This document shows positions 37,537-51,044 of a stretch of 64,000 nucleotides of DNA, piece by piece. Under the pieces are notes generated by a model. The model was not told where the DNA came from. It searched no databases and worked only from the letters and a program-made list of their open reading frames with translations. The stretch spans positions 60,202,001-60,266,000 of the forward strand of contig OX597814.1 in the NCBI GenBank assembly GCA_951406725.2, given 5' to 3'. Both the position numbers and the translations under genes were made by a program. The stretch is from Octopus vulgaris. Its lineage: Eukaryota. Within the stretch, counting starts at the first letter, position 1. Each line of letters opens with the position of its first letter.

Positions 37537-39101
37537 TGGAAAGTACACCAATGCAAGCGGGCAGTTATGCTGCGGTGACTGGCAAAAGCCTGTCAGCGGA
37601 GGGACTTCAGGTTACAGAAATCAAATTACAGGAGAATTTCTTTTTTAAATTCAATGAATAATTGAAAAAGGGGGGAGATAGCCTGAGGTTGACGCCCCAA
37701 AGAAGTAACGGAAAGAAGGGAAAAGTAACAATTGTGTACAGAACATTGAAAATTGCAACAAAAATGTCGAAATAGTACGGTGGAGGCGGTCGAGGAGTGC
37801 CTCCGAGATATTAAGGACGTAGTGATGTACTACACCAGACGAAGTAAATACAGCACAGTGGGGGTACGCTTCGTGAGTGAAGAAGAAGCGAGGAAATACG
37901 CCACTGTGCCTTTGAGATCAGCGGAGTGGGCACTACTGCCGACTTACTGTGGTAAACGTGCGTCCAGAGTAAGAATAGGTAGAGTTCTTCCAGAAATTGA
38001 TGTGGCATGGCTGGTGGCAGCCATCCTCTTCAACACAGAAGACACGGAGATAATAAAAATATCAAGAACTATGGAGGTGAACTGATGGTATTGGTCCATA
38101 TAAGCTTGCCAGACCTCCACAAGGTGGCGGAGGAACTGACTCTGCCGAACGAAACAAAGTTGAGGATAGCGGTCCAAGGAAAAGGCGGCGAGCTGGCAGA
38201 ACCGTGAGCCTGCCGGGCGAAATGTGTAGCCGTATTTCGTCTGCCGTCACGTTCTGAGTTCAAATTCCGCCGAGGTCGACTTTGCCTTTCATTCTTTCGG
38301 GGTCGAAAATTAAGTACCAGTTACGTACTGGGGTCGATGTAATCGACTTAATCCGTTTGTCTGTCCTTGTTTGTCCCCTCTATGTTTAGCCCCTTGTGGG
38401 TAATAAAGTGGTGGAAGGAAGACCGCCGGTATGTTTCCTTTGTGGAGTAAGTGGACACATGGAAGCAAGGTGTCCCCAGCAACAAGAGAAGGAAGTAGAA
38501 CAAGAGAAGCAGGAAGAGGAAGAGAAACAAACAGCGGAGGTACAAATACAAGTAAGCGAAAAGATAGAAAATGTAGGAGAAAAGTATACAGTTGGAAAAA
38601 GAAAGAAGAAAAGAAGAAAATGTGAATTCACCACCCAAAAGTTCAAAGAAAAAGAGAAAAGAAAATATAGAGGGGAATCAATGCGAAAGGCCAGAAATGA
38701 AAGAAAAAGAAAATTACGGAGGAGGAATGAAGTGCGCAGAAAGGAAAGGAAGAGAGAAGAGAGATAGCCACAACAAAGTGTAAGAGAGAAACAGAGAAGG
38801 AGAGAATAACGACGGAAAACGGGACTTGGTACCAAAAGGAAAACACATTCGAACGAGGATAAACTGTAAAATGAGTGTAGAGATCGAGAGAAAGATTACA
38901 AAAATGAAAAATGTAATTAGAGTCAAGGTATCAGGGAGGGACTGTACCGAGGACGACAGGCCGGTCTTGCTTGAGAGAGACAGATGTGAAAGGTTAAAGG
39001 AACTATTTGGCGAAAAAATTGAAATATCGCCGCTACAGGTTCGATACGGCGAGATGCCACCAGTGGTGACATTTGAGGATATAATACAATATTTGATATG
39101 A
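37537..39101 (+). pseudogene. Disrupted ORF1/gag-like protein with CX2CX4HX4C zinc knuckle
   Basis: MESTPMQAGSYAAVTG...VRFVSEEEARKY...RVRIGRVLPEI...[SINE]...VEGRPPVCFLCGVSGHMEARC, then a K/E/R-rich region and ...EDIIQYLI*. Contains stops and frameshifts. Confidence 0.8.
38182..38408 (+). mobile_element. Young SINE A (tail variant ...tttagccccttgtgggtaataaag) inserted in the ORF1
   Basis: Near-consensus copy with imperfect duplication agcggtccaagga / agtggtggaagga. Confidence 0.92.
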
Positions 39102-39367
39102 AAGTAAGTGAAATATTTAAATTTTCAAAATAATGACTTTAAAAAAAACTATGCCAAAAAAGAATAATGAACTGTAAGTCAATGTGATAACATAAACAGT
39201 TAAATGACCCTACCTCGTATGGGAGCAGGGAAGACATTTCATTTTTCATTATATCATTATATTCATGATTTCATTCGTTGTATGGTTTATGTACCCCACT
39301 GTGTTGTGTTGTTTGTCTTTGTATTGTCCCTTCTTTTGTAGATCGATGTGCTCATAATAAATAAAAT

Positions 39368-41117
39368 AGAATCGTTAGCGCGTCTGACAAAATGCTTAGC
39401 GACTCTTCGTCCGTCCTTACGTTCGGAGTTCAAACGCCGCTGAGATTGATCCTTGCTTTTCATCCCTTTCAGAGTCGATATGTAAACCGACTAGCCCGCT
39501 CGCTCAAAAAATTTCAAATTTTGTGACTACAACAGTAAGGATTAATAACTATTCCAAGTTCTGCGTTCATATTTCACCGTGGTCAACTTTGCCTTTCACC
39601 TTTTTGAAATCGCTAAAATAAAGTACTCGTTGAGCACTGGGGTTGATGTAATCGATTAAGTTGATCCCCAGCAAAATTTCTAGCCTTGTGTCTGTTGTAG
39701 AAAGAATTATTCATTATTTGGAATAAAAGCAATTGTGCGTGGATGAGATAGAGTACAATTACTACCAGGTTGATTGAACATTTCGTTTGACTGAGATCGG
39801 TAAACCAATCGACAGTATGTTATTTTTATTATTATCGTCTGTAATCGATTGTATTATTGCTTACCACAAATGTCCACTTGGAACTAAGATTTGAAAGCAT
39901 TATTCAAATGAAATAAAATAACTAGAAGCAGATATGCGACAATGCTGCAGAAAATAGCTTGCAATATTAAAGACGGTGAGTTTGCAGAACCGTAAGCACG
40001 CCGGGCATAATGCTTAGCGGCATTTTGTCCGTCTTTATGTTCTGAGTTCAAAGTCCGCTGAAGTCCACTTTGCCTTTCATCTTTTTAAGATCAATAAATT
40101 AAGCACCAGTTACAGACTGGGGTCCATGTAATCGATTGTAACCCCCACCCCACCCGAAATTGCTGGCTTTGTGCCAAAACTTGAAACCAATATTTATTTA
40201 TCTCTGAAGGCGGGCGAGATGGCAGAATCGTTATCACGCCGCGCGAAATGGTTAGCAGCATTTCGTTTGCCTTCATGTTTTGAGTTCAATAACCGCCAAA
40301 GTACACTTTGCTCTTCATCTTTTCGGAATCGATAAAATAAACACCAGTTTAGCACTGGTGTCAATGTAACCGTCTTACCCCTCCGCCGAAATAGCTGGTG
40401 GCTTTGTATCAAAATTTGAAATCAATAATTATTTATTTCCCTCCACGTAGGAAATCTCTTTCCCCTCGGGTATTGATGAAATAAATAATAATAACCTTCC
40501 CAAGTTTGATACAAGACCGGTAACTCTAGGAAGAGGAGGCAAGTCCATTACATCGATCCTAGTACTTGACTGATACTTTTATTTTATCAACCATGACAGA
40601 ATGAAAGGCAAAGACGACCTCGGCGGAATTTGAACTCAGAACGTAAAGAGGTACGAATACTGACAAGCGGTTTTCCCGGTGTGCAAACGATTCTGCCTGC
40701 TCATCGCCTTTGCCTAATAATCTTTTCTACTAAAGGCACAAGACCTGAAATTTATGGGGAGGGGACTAGTCGATTACATCGACCCCAGAACTTGCCGGTA
40801 CATCTTTTATCGACCCCGAAAGGATGAAAGTGAATGTCGACTCCGGTGAAATTTAAACTCAGAACGTAAAGACGGAAGAAATAGCTATTTCTTTACTACC
40901 CACAAGGGGCTAAACACAGAGAGGACAAACAAGGACAGACAAATGGATTAAGTCAATTATATCGACCCCAGTGCGTAACTGGTACTTATTTAATCGACCC
41001 CGAAAGGATGAAAGACAAAGTCGACCTGGCAGAATCTGAACTCAGAACGTAGCGGCAGACGAAATACGGCTACGCATTTCTCCCAGCGTGCTAACGCTTT
41101 TGCCAGCTCGCCGCCTT
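39368..41117. mobile_element. Dense SINE A cluster: + copies ~39368-39540, 39555-39710, 39969-40190, 40207-40430; - copies ~40500-40710 and 40720-41117 (chimera)
   Basis: Repeated homology to the SINE A body in both orientations. Confidence 0.88.
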
Positions 41118-41681
41118 CGATAAATTCGAATAATAAGGGCATATTTAATCAACTGTTGGTCGTATACGAATGTATATGATCCTTATTTCGTTGGAGGGCT
41201 GATCTTATATAATTTGTAAGCTTTAACTAAGAGATACGGTCCATCCGGTTCATGTTCGGATACATTTCATGTCTGTAACATAAGAATGAACAGGAAAGCA
41301 GTTTCGAAAGATTGCTATAAGAGAAAGGAATGATTTAACATAAGAGATTAATGTGTCATTTTGTAGCTGAGATATAGTGTGGGTTATGAAAAGGAGAAAG
41401 AGCAGTTAGTACATAAAGTGAGCTGGACTGGTGTATGAAACCGCTTGTTAGGTCAGGGAAATAGAAGCGATTAGAGCAACAGTGGCATGGCCAAGACAGA
41501 ACACAGAATTGACACTGAATAATTTGCTATATGACTCGACGGTTGTGTGTTTGTATGTATGTGAGAGTCTATATCGATGCGCGTTTGCATATATGTGTGT
41601 GTGATGCGTATGCATGTGTGTGTGATGCGTATGTATGTGTGTGATGTTGTGTGGTGTCTTTGTGTGTGCATGTGTGCGTTT

Positions 41682-41712
<31 letters not shown>

Positions 41713-41896
41713 CGTCTGTGTTCAATTATGTACAATGCATATGTGTGCTTGCGTGTGTGCGTGTGTTTGTGCGTTTGTGTTCAATTACGTGCAATGCATA
41801 TGTGTGTTACGTGTTTAAGTATGCTTTGATTCAACTCTTTGATATCAGTCTTTTATAATCAATAATATTCATAGCTTTCATACATACGTACATATG

Positions 41897-41933
<37 letters not shown>

Positions 41934-42042
41934 ATGTGTGTGTGTGTAAAGCTATATAGATATCGTTTACATTTTTGTATATAGTTTTATATATATATAC
42001 ATATACTTACATAAATGCGTGTATTTTATATTTCTCGGAATG

Positions 42043-42074
<32 letters not shown>

Positions 42075-42924
42075 TAAAGTCGTTACATCGTTAGGTTATA
42101 TTTAAAGAGAAAGGAAAGTGGGCGGAGAAAGAGAGCGGGGGTCAGTGAAAAGTCAGAAAATAAAACAGACACGAACATACGGGCTGACAGACTCGCATAA
42201 TTCTGTTTTTTCTTTCTTTCTTTCCCCCTCATGGTTTAGAAGATTTTCTATTGGTAAGAATAGAGTTAATGTTCAAAGCTAAGAAGAAATAATTCATCCT
42301 CCTATTTATTTGAAACGACTGCAGACTTGTTTACTTGTTTCTACAGTAAAATTAAAGTAATTTCTACGTCGAAATGGATAGTGTCGTCGTAGTTGTTGTT
42401 GTTGCTGTTGTTTATCCCGAGGTCAACCGCAATGGAGCAGAGTCTTTCACACCTGGTTTCCTGTATTCTTAAAAATCTACGACCACTACATTTTCCAGTT
42501 TGTCCTTATTTTCTTTAATTGAGTAAGGTGTGGTTTGCGGAAGATTTCACTGCTATTCGTAGCAAGTTGAATAACCGTTCAGAGCAGTCATGAATAAGCT
42601 ACAGCCCATGGGAGTTTCTAAATGGTACGTCTAACGAAGAAGCTATCTTGAATTCATTTAGTAGTGCTACCTGGCCATATCTCATGCGGCCTACTTCTCA
42701 GAAAAAGGTTAACCATGTCTGTTTTAGAGGCTACGCTGAACGCTCGAGGATGCTACATTTGTTGTTGGTGGTAGTAGTGTTTTGCCCCCAGCCAACCCTG
42801 ATGAAAAATATTTTAACCCCATTATTATCCCATCCTTTCCCTTGGAGCAAATTATCCAGTATTATTGTTCCCTTTTCTGAGACAATATGATGTTATTTAT
42901 TGTTGGTTTTGCTACTATTTATAG

Positions 42925-43103
42925 AAGCAAACATAGATGAGTGGTTAAGAAGCTTGCTTTGTAAGAACGCGGTTTCCAATTCACTCCCACTTGTACGGCA
43001 TTTTGAACAAGTGTCTCCTACTATTGTTTCGAGTCCACAAATTTCTTGTGTGAATTTGGTAGACAGAAATACATAAATTATGTGGAAGTATGTTGTATAT
43101 ATA

Positions 43104-43148
<45 letters not shown>

Positions 43149-43595
43149 AAGGTCCTGGCAGGGTATAAATGTAGAGTATTACCAGAGAAGTTCTCAACCC
43201 GAGTTCTGGGCTATCAACATAGTCGGATTCCACACTAATACTGAAATTCTTCAGGTGTAGAAAATCCTGAGCGAAGAGTAAAATGTGTGTGTGTATGAGG
43301 GATGTGTGTATGTTTGTTTGTAGACGTATGTATGTGTGTGTAACTGCTTGCGTATATATGTGTGCATGTGTGTCTTTGGGTTTGCGTTTTTGTGTTTTCC
43401 CCCCCTCCACTTGACAACCCGTGTTGATTTGTTTACGTCCTCATAACTTAACGGTTAGGCAAAATGATGCGACAGAATAAGCAACAGTCTTTTAAAAAAT
43501 AAGTACCAGGGTCGATTTGTTCACAGAGCTCTTGCAGACGATGCCCAAGCTTGGCCGCAGTTCAAGGATTCAAACGTGTTAAATGATAAAAGAAT
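42925..43595 (+). mobile_element. SINE family B, old and interrupted
   Basis: Head gagtggttaagaagcttgct, body tttggtagacagaaa, 3' part cttgacaacc..tttgtttacgtcc..cttggccgcagttcaa. Confidence 0.7.
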
Positions 43596-44949
43596 ACGAT
43601 ATTTTTTTTTTACGAGAAACGAGCACAGAGCGATAAAGTACATAAGTAATGGTGTACTTATTATGCTAAGCCATCGAATAGTTTACGTATACATTATCTC
43701 GCTTTCAAATCAGTTCACGTTTCTGCAGAATAACTTTTCATCTCCTAAGCTGTTAGGATCAGAACAATTGTTAATCAAATACAATTGATCCTCCGGGATT
43801 TGAACTCATTCATACATTACAGGAATCTAAATAACTATTCTTCTTTCTTTTCTTTTGTGAGTGTGTAAATTAAATTAGAAATAGAAAATAGCATATCAAT
43901 ATTCATGGGGAATTTTAAAAATCCAATATCTACCGTTTAATCCAAATGTGCTTACTAAAATTATATTCTAATCCATGGAATCTGTGTGTTGTCATATGTA
44001 AGATTAAAGGTTGTGTTTTACATCAAATAGTGTTTTTCCCATTTTATTTTCAATAATAATAAACAGTTTCTTGAAATAAATATAGCAATATTATTGAAGA
44101 CAAACAAATGTTGTTTTTGATTTTTTTCTTTAATTCTTTTCAAACTCGGATTTATTCAGATGAGAACTGTAGTCAGATAATTCTTAGTTTGTTGATACTG
44201 GTCACGTCTGTAATAAAACCATTTTGTACATGTTTACAGTACAATATAACATCCATCTGACGTTTCCAATCTTAATTCCAATAGAGATTCAAGGATTTTA
44301 CAAGGAGCTTAAATACAGCACAAACCATTTTATTTTTTTATTTTTTATTTTAACAACGACAAAATTAGAGTTCTTTCACAAATAGAATAACTTTTTATCG
44401 CCATGTAATAGTTATTTATCGATCTAAATTGGAAACTAAATCAATAATATATTTATCATATTGCACATGTTTTTCTATATTAACAAACCTATAGTCATTC
44501 ACAGAAATAATTGCTCGACCTGTGAATATAATAGGCAGCTTTTCTCTCAAGTAAATGTGTTTTATTAAATACTAATGTTCACACGTTCCAGAGAACAATA
44601 ATGTCTAATTCAGTTGTTTAGTGAAAAAGTATTCCATTATGTCAGCTGTTCGCTTTTCATTATTGTTACTAATCTGTGTCTATGGCTCTAGCAGCAGCAT
44701 TTTTGATAACAAACATTTTATTAAAAATATCAGCACTCACAGCTGTAAGCAATATACATGCATACTGAATGTTCAGTGATGCCTATAGTGGTCAATAGAT
44801 TAGGGCTCTCGCGATTATAACCAGTCAGGTCATTTTTTACGTACATCAGAGAAATCATTTTCAGATAACTGAAGAAAAAAATGATTATGATGTCGTTGCT
44901 TCGTTTCAGAAACATTTGTAATTTAACCATTATATCTGAAATCATATGG

Positions 44950-44954
<5 letters not shown>

Positions 44955-45008
<54 letters not shown>

Positions 45009-45076
45009 TCTCTCTTTCTCTCTCTCTCCCTCTCTCTCTTTCTCTCTCTCCCTCTCTCTCTCCCTCCTCTCTCTCT
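44955..45076. repeat. (CT)n microsatellite
   Basis: Directly visible. Confidence 0.97.
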
Positions 45077-46016
45077 AAAATTCATGCTTCATAATTCATG
45101 AAATTATTGGTTTCGTTTTGACGAGTCAACAAAGTTATCTCCCTTAAGTAATTAGCAACAGTGTTGTGACGTCCCGTGTTCCTTGTGCATTTTAATTGTT
45201 AAGGGAATTTGCTTCTACCGTATTTCGAAACTGAAGATACAATCTTAATGTATATTCTGAGGCACTTAATCTAAGTCTTGAGCAGACTTGAGTAATGATA
45301 TACAATATACTACATTTTCGGCCTATTTCATGTACTATGTAATCTAGATACCCCATAGTTCACACTTTAAGATTACACAGAATTTCAATATACTTTTGAC
45401 TCTAATCAACATTACAAATTATCCAAATGGTTAAGAATATAATTTTTATAATTTCTGAATACATTTTTTTTTTATTCACTCTCACATTCGTTTTCTTGCC
45501 AACAATAACTACTTCTCTAATTGGAAAATAGCTTCCATCTCACTAGACAATTAACAAACTTGCTTTTACTTATCTAAATTATCAGCAGTTCAAAGAAAAC
45601 TTGATTAGACGTGTGATACTGTGATAGTTAATAAATATAATGTGCGATTCGTTTCTGACTTGAGAGGAATATTTGAAATTAATTAAATATTAGCTATTTT
45701 ACTATTCTTAGTCTAAGAAGATTCTAAGAGGAATTTAAATAATTTATTTGCGGTTGATATGTTCTCTGCAAGACTAAAACAAAAAATTACTTTAAGCCAA
45801 ATTTGTTTCGTACTGAACAAAAAGTGTTCCCATACAAAAATATGTAAATATAGCTTAACAGCATACTCTCATGGAATTATCTGATTGACATAGATGGTTT
45901 TGGTTGCGAAGAGTACACCAATAGATTAACAATTTACTGGTGTAAAATTAACAGCGATAGGCAGAATTGGTAAAGAGAATCAACTAAATGTTCTTGCACT
46001 ATTTCTTTACATGAAT

Positions 46017-46560
46017 GGCGGCGAGCTGGCAGAATCGTTAGCACGCCGGGCAAACTGCTTAGCAGCAGTTCATCTTTACGTTCTGAGTTAAAATTCTGCC
46101 GAGGTCGACTATGCCTTTCATTCTTTCGGGATCGATGAAGTAAGTACCAGTTACGCAGTGGTGTCGTTGTAATCCACTGGACTCCTCCCCTCAAATGTGA
46201 AGCCTTGTGCCTATAGTAGGAAGGATTATTTCCTTACATTAAGGTGGCGAGCTGACAGAATGGTTAGCTCGCCGGGTAAAATGCTTAGCGGTATTCTTTA
46301 GGTTCTGAGTTCAAATTCCGCCTAGATCCACTTTACCTTTCATCCTTTCGGGGTCGATAAAATAAGTACCAGTTGAACATTGGAGACGATGTAAACGACT
46401 CATCCCTTCTCCCGAAATGATGCCCTTGTGGCAAAATTTGAAACCCTAATTTCTTTACACCTCATTATGTTGAATTCAAATCCGGTCGAAACCTACTTTA
46501 GAATATTCTCCTTCCGTGTAGATAATACAAATATCAGTCAAGTACTGGGGTAAATATATT
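46017..46560 (+). mobile_element. Tandem SINE A copies (46017-46228, 46240-46445, partial 46470-46560)
   Basis: Homology to the SINE A consensus. Confidence 0.88.
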
Positions 46561-49335
46561 CAACTGTTTAGTTCCACTAATTCTCAGCCTTATAAACAAG
46601 ATTTATATTTTACTAGTTTAAAATGTAGTGAATGAGAAATATAGCTGAATGAAGGGAAGTTGTAATAGAGTACAAAAAAGTAGAGAATGAAAGCCGTTGT
46701 GAACTTCGGAAGAGCAGTGCAAAGCAGATGCAGTAAATTACAAATGAGCAACGAATGGTATGTGTAGCAGCATGCTAAGAGAGTAATGCATAACCATTGC
46801 AATAAAGTGTGGGCATAATGAATAACAGTATCTATTTATTCCAGTTAATGATCAAACTAAAAATCTCGCTGGATTGAGAATCAATTTTTTAATGATCGAT
46901 AAATTTGAACCAATTAATTTCAAGGTTCAATTTAAGTGGTTACTTTGTCTCTCAAAATCTTTGGCATTAGGTTACTGCTACACATTAGTATTAGAAAGGG
47001 TGAGAAATGGCAGAAAAGACACGTCACTCTATAAAATTCTTTCACAATTGTTCTAGTTCATGTAATCGAGCACATTTCTTGACTTAATAAATTGACAAGT
47101 TTATGCCAAAGTAAGAAATAAACGTTTTACTTGCTGAGAAAGGTAAGTATCAGCAATGCTTCTGTTATAGACTAAATGCGTCGCAGTATTTTATTTACTA
47201 CATGCACACAGTCAATAAAACGAATGTCGTATTGCGTATATATTTGCTATGCTAATTAATTACGTTATGCCAACGTAAGAAGTCACTTGATTTACAGTAA
47301 TAATACTAATAATAGCGTTTTTTATTTGAGACACAAGGCGGACAATTTAGCTGTGGAGGACTATAGTCGATTAAATTACCTCATAGGCATTATGTTTCCT
47401 TATGACTTTCAGAGAAGGGGTAGTTTTTATGAAATTTTCAACAAGTAAATTTCAGACGATGTAGATTACGATTATAGCCGAATTTACTGGAAAAAGATGG
47501 TAGGGTGGTTATTTTATACTTTCGTCTTTCTTTCTTCAAACATTTTGAAGATTTAATTATAGTTACGTTGAAAAAGAAATTACTTTCTTTCATTATCTTC
47601 TTTTAAGTAAACTCAAAGGTGATTCATCCTCTACGAAGTCGTTTACTATGCTAGAAATAGTATGGATCAAGTGGATCAGAAAAGTAATTTTATTTCGACA
47701 TCGTTGTAATTAAATCACCAAAACGTATGAGGAAACAAAGTGGAAATGCGTGAAATATCCACCCCATTCCCATTTTTTTCACACTAAATTCCATTATAAT
47801 CCTAATCTACACCGCTAAAAGATACTTGTAGAAAATTTCTTTTATAAAATCCCCATTTTTCCGAAGTTGATGGGAAATAAAATCGAAGCGTGGAAATTAT
47901 CCGAAACCCTTCCCCAACTCTCTTTGAAAAAGGTTTCTTCGGCACAAATTCCACTATAGAGGTACTCTACACCATCTGAAAGGTATTTGTACAATATGCT
48001 GTTAACTTCTGACAAGTCTGGGCTAGAATATCACACGTTCATACCCTCCTGATCGTGCTGCTGACCCGTGTAATCAAATGTGAACTTTTGGAGTGGACTG
48101 AAGTAGATGGCATTCTGCATCTTCAGGATATGACCGATTCAGGTCCTTGTAATGCCTTTGACTGGTGCATACCAACAACCTTTCCTTCCAGTGTCTCCTA
48201 TTTTCCAATCTCAGATGCACTCCTTTCATTTTTATATCATCGAAATATTGGTTTCAAATTTTGGCACAAGGCCAGTGATTTGGGCGAGAGATAAGTCAAT
48301 TACATCGACTCCATTGCTCTAAAAGGCGTAATTCGAAATCAGAACGTAAAGACGGGTGATATCATTGAAAATATTGGTGGCATCACAGACACATGATTTT
48401 ATCTATTAAATATTAATTTGACCTTCGTTGGTCAAGTGAATCGCAATTCATCGTCCTTTTCGTCTTCGTTTCATTATTTTTAATGAAGGTGTCAGTATTG
48501 TTGAGGAGGTTACTCCTTCTCACCCATTTTTTCTGTGGCTCACTTTTCGTATTGTTGTGGGTTTTTTTTTCTTTTTTAACAACCTGTTTGGTAGCCTTTG
48601 TTCTACCAGTTTTTCAGGTATTAAAAGTCACACAAAGTGCTTTAGACTTCCTACACAACCCTCTTGTTCTCAGCACCTGAGGACGTATGTAAGGATTGGA
48701 AATCTTCATGTGTGCATATAGATTTCAATATTGTATATGCAGTTAAGTTTCACTTTGTTGTTCTTGTCATATTTCTAGGAATACAGGATTCATATTTTTC
48801 AAATATTTTTATAACAAAAGTTTTGTATACACTTGTGTGTTTTGTTACTTTTCTTAACTTACTCCAGTTCAGCTTTGAACAAAAAGACATATGATCAAAA
48901 TTTGTCCATGTTATAATCATCTTCTTTTTATCTGCATCATGATTGCATTGCCTAATATGTTTTTATTTTCTAAAAAGCAATAAGGTATAAGATGACGAAA
49001 ATAACAGATCGAGTGACAAATAAAATGTTACTCATTGGCTAGCAAATTTTGTTCATATTGATTTTGCTGGTGCTGATGTATTTGTTCTTGTCGTTGATAT
49101 ATTTGTTGTTATTATTGCTATTAAAATGTTGGTACAAATAGCAAGCGGCACTTTTAACATATCAATGTGAAAGAATGAGCTGAAGTTTAGATAATGATTA
49201 GAATTACAGTGCTAATCATACTAAGTTAATATATCTAATCACATAAGAGACTGTCTCCGATAACTTTACCAGCCAACAGCTAATTGGATTTCTTTTCACC
49301 ATGGTTTATAAAGTTTAGACATGTGTGTGTGTATG

Positions 49336-49367
<32 letters not shown>

Positions 49368-49490
49368 CATACAAGTATATATATATGCCTCGTGATTATG
49401 TTTGAGGTATTTCTCAACATATGAAACTATTAGTAGCACATGATAATATGTAGTGTCTTGTAATTAATATATATACACACACACACACAC

Positions 49491-49558
<68 letters not shown>

Positions 49559-50404
49559 TACATACACACACAGGTTCAAAATTATTTCAAGAATTTTCAA
49601 ATATTTATGTTAACTACAATCTAATCGTCGCCAAAGGCACCTATCTATTATATCTTGCGTTTCTGAATTTGGAGTAGTGCCTCTAGAAAGGCACGATATG
49701 ATCACCTTGATAAAGCACAAAACCGCAAATTCTAAATTTCCTGTTTTTTTTATTATTTAGGTTGCCCAGAATAAAAGGTCCTACAAGCTCAAAAATAAAA
49801 GGTACTATTAGCTCACAGACGTTTGTTTCATTGTAGCTAACCATACTTATAAACGTGCCACGCTGAAAAGCTCATCCCCATATCGTTTAGCACTAAAGAA
49901 TTATCTCGGAAAAGCATTGATTTTACAATATTTTAAAAACCAAGATATCATTATGATCTGCAAATGAACTGCTAAAGTGAGAGTATTTAAAATGGTGTTT
50001 GTCTTGTAAGCTATTAAACTCATTGATTGTCGGCGTGATATTACTCGATGAGAGTAACTTGGCGACTTATGTGATTTTGAAGTTAATGGAACCTAGATAG
50101 TTATTAATTTTACATTAATATATCTTTTTTTTTATTTTGTATGATTAATTGGGCTGCACATGTAATTAGGAAAAAATTTATATTTTCATGTTTGATGCTT
50201 AGATGAACATTCATCTTAATAATGTTTTTTAGTTGAGGTAAGGGCGGCTAGTGAACGTGCTGCTATGCTGATATATTTGTCTGGGGTAGAACTTTATTTG
50301 AAAGACTAATATATGTCTGCTTTGTATCAATTTTAATTGTTCTAAATATATATTGACAGGGAAAGAGAGAGGCTAGGTAGGTAAGCAGATAGCTAGATAG
50401 ATAG

Positions 50405-50562
50405 ATACATACATACATACATACATACATACATACATACATACATACATACATACATACATACATACATACATACATACATACATACATACATACATAC
50501 ATACATACATACATACATACATACATACATACATACATACATACATACATACATACATACAT
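50405..50562. repeat. Pure (ACAT)n microsatellite
   Basis: Directly visible. Confidence 0.99.
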
Positions 50563-50659
50563 AGAACACTACACGTCATTTTATCCAACACTTTAACGAT
50601 AATTATCATTAAAACTATTACATGCTAATTTAATTAGCGGAAATTCTACCCTGAGAATT

Positions 50660-50930
50660 AGAAACAAGAAACAAGAATTCTTAGAATTCTTGCAGAATAC
50701 AGAGAAGCACTTTCTGCTGTTCGAAAATGCGGGTCTTAATTCCAGTATCCTTCAGCTTCTTAAGTAGCAGTTTGGGTATTGTACCGACTGCACTAATTAT
50801 AATAGGAGCAATTCTCACCTTTACGTTCTACAATGTTTTGATCTCTCAAGGTAAATCCTGTTTTTTCTTACTTTTTTTTTACTTTCTTTAATATCCACCT
50901 TATTATCACATAGTATTGCTAAGCCTGTGA
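50660..50930 (-). mobile_element. R4/Dong-clade LINE C-terminal fragment
   Basis: Minus strand gives VRIAPIIISAVGTIPKLL..., resembling the RLE terminus PxxxGALG. Confidence 0.65.
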
Positions 50931-50948
50931 ATTAAAGCCGTTATTTTG

Positions 50949-51012
<64 letters not shown>

Positions 51013-51044
51013 CATCATCATCCTCATCATTATTATCATGTGAT

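Larger units (their letters stand above)
37385..39367 (+). mobile_element. ORF1-only (HAL1-like) non-autonomous L1/Tx1-type retroelement inserted in a SINE A
   Basis: TSD agaatcgtt at 37376-37384 and 39368-39376 splits a SINE A head. T-rich 5' UTR, disrupted gag-like ORF with CCHC knuckle, GT-rich 3' UTR and aataaataaaat tail; no EN or RT. Confidence 0.8.

Noticed and set aside
47420-47990. Degenerate inverted and direct sub-repeats (aaattccattata..tctacacc..)
   Set aside because: Probably an old DNA-transposon or Helentron relic, but ends and TSD cannot be defined.
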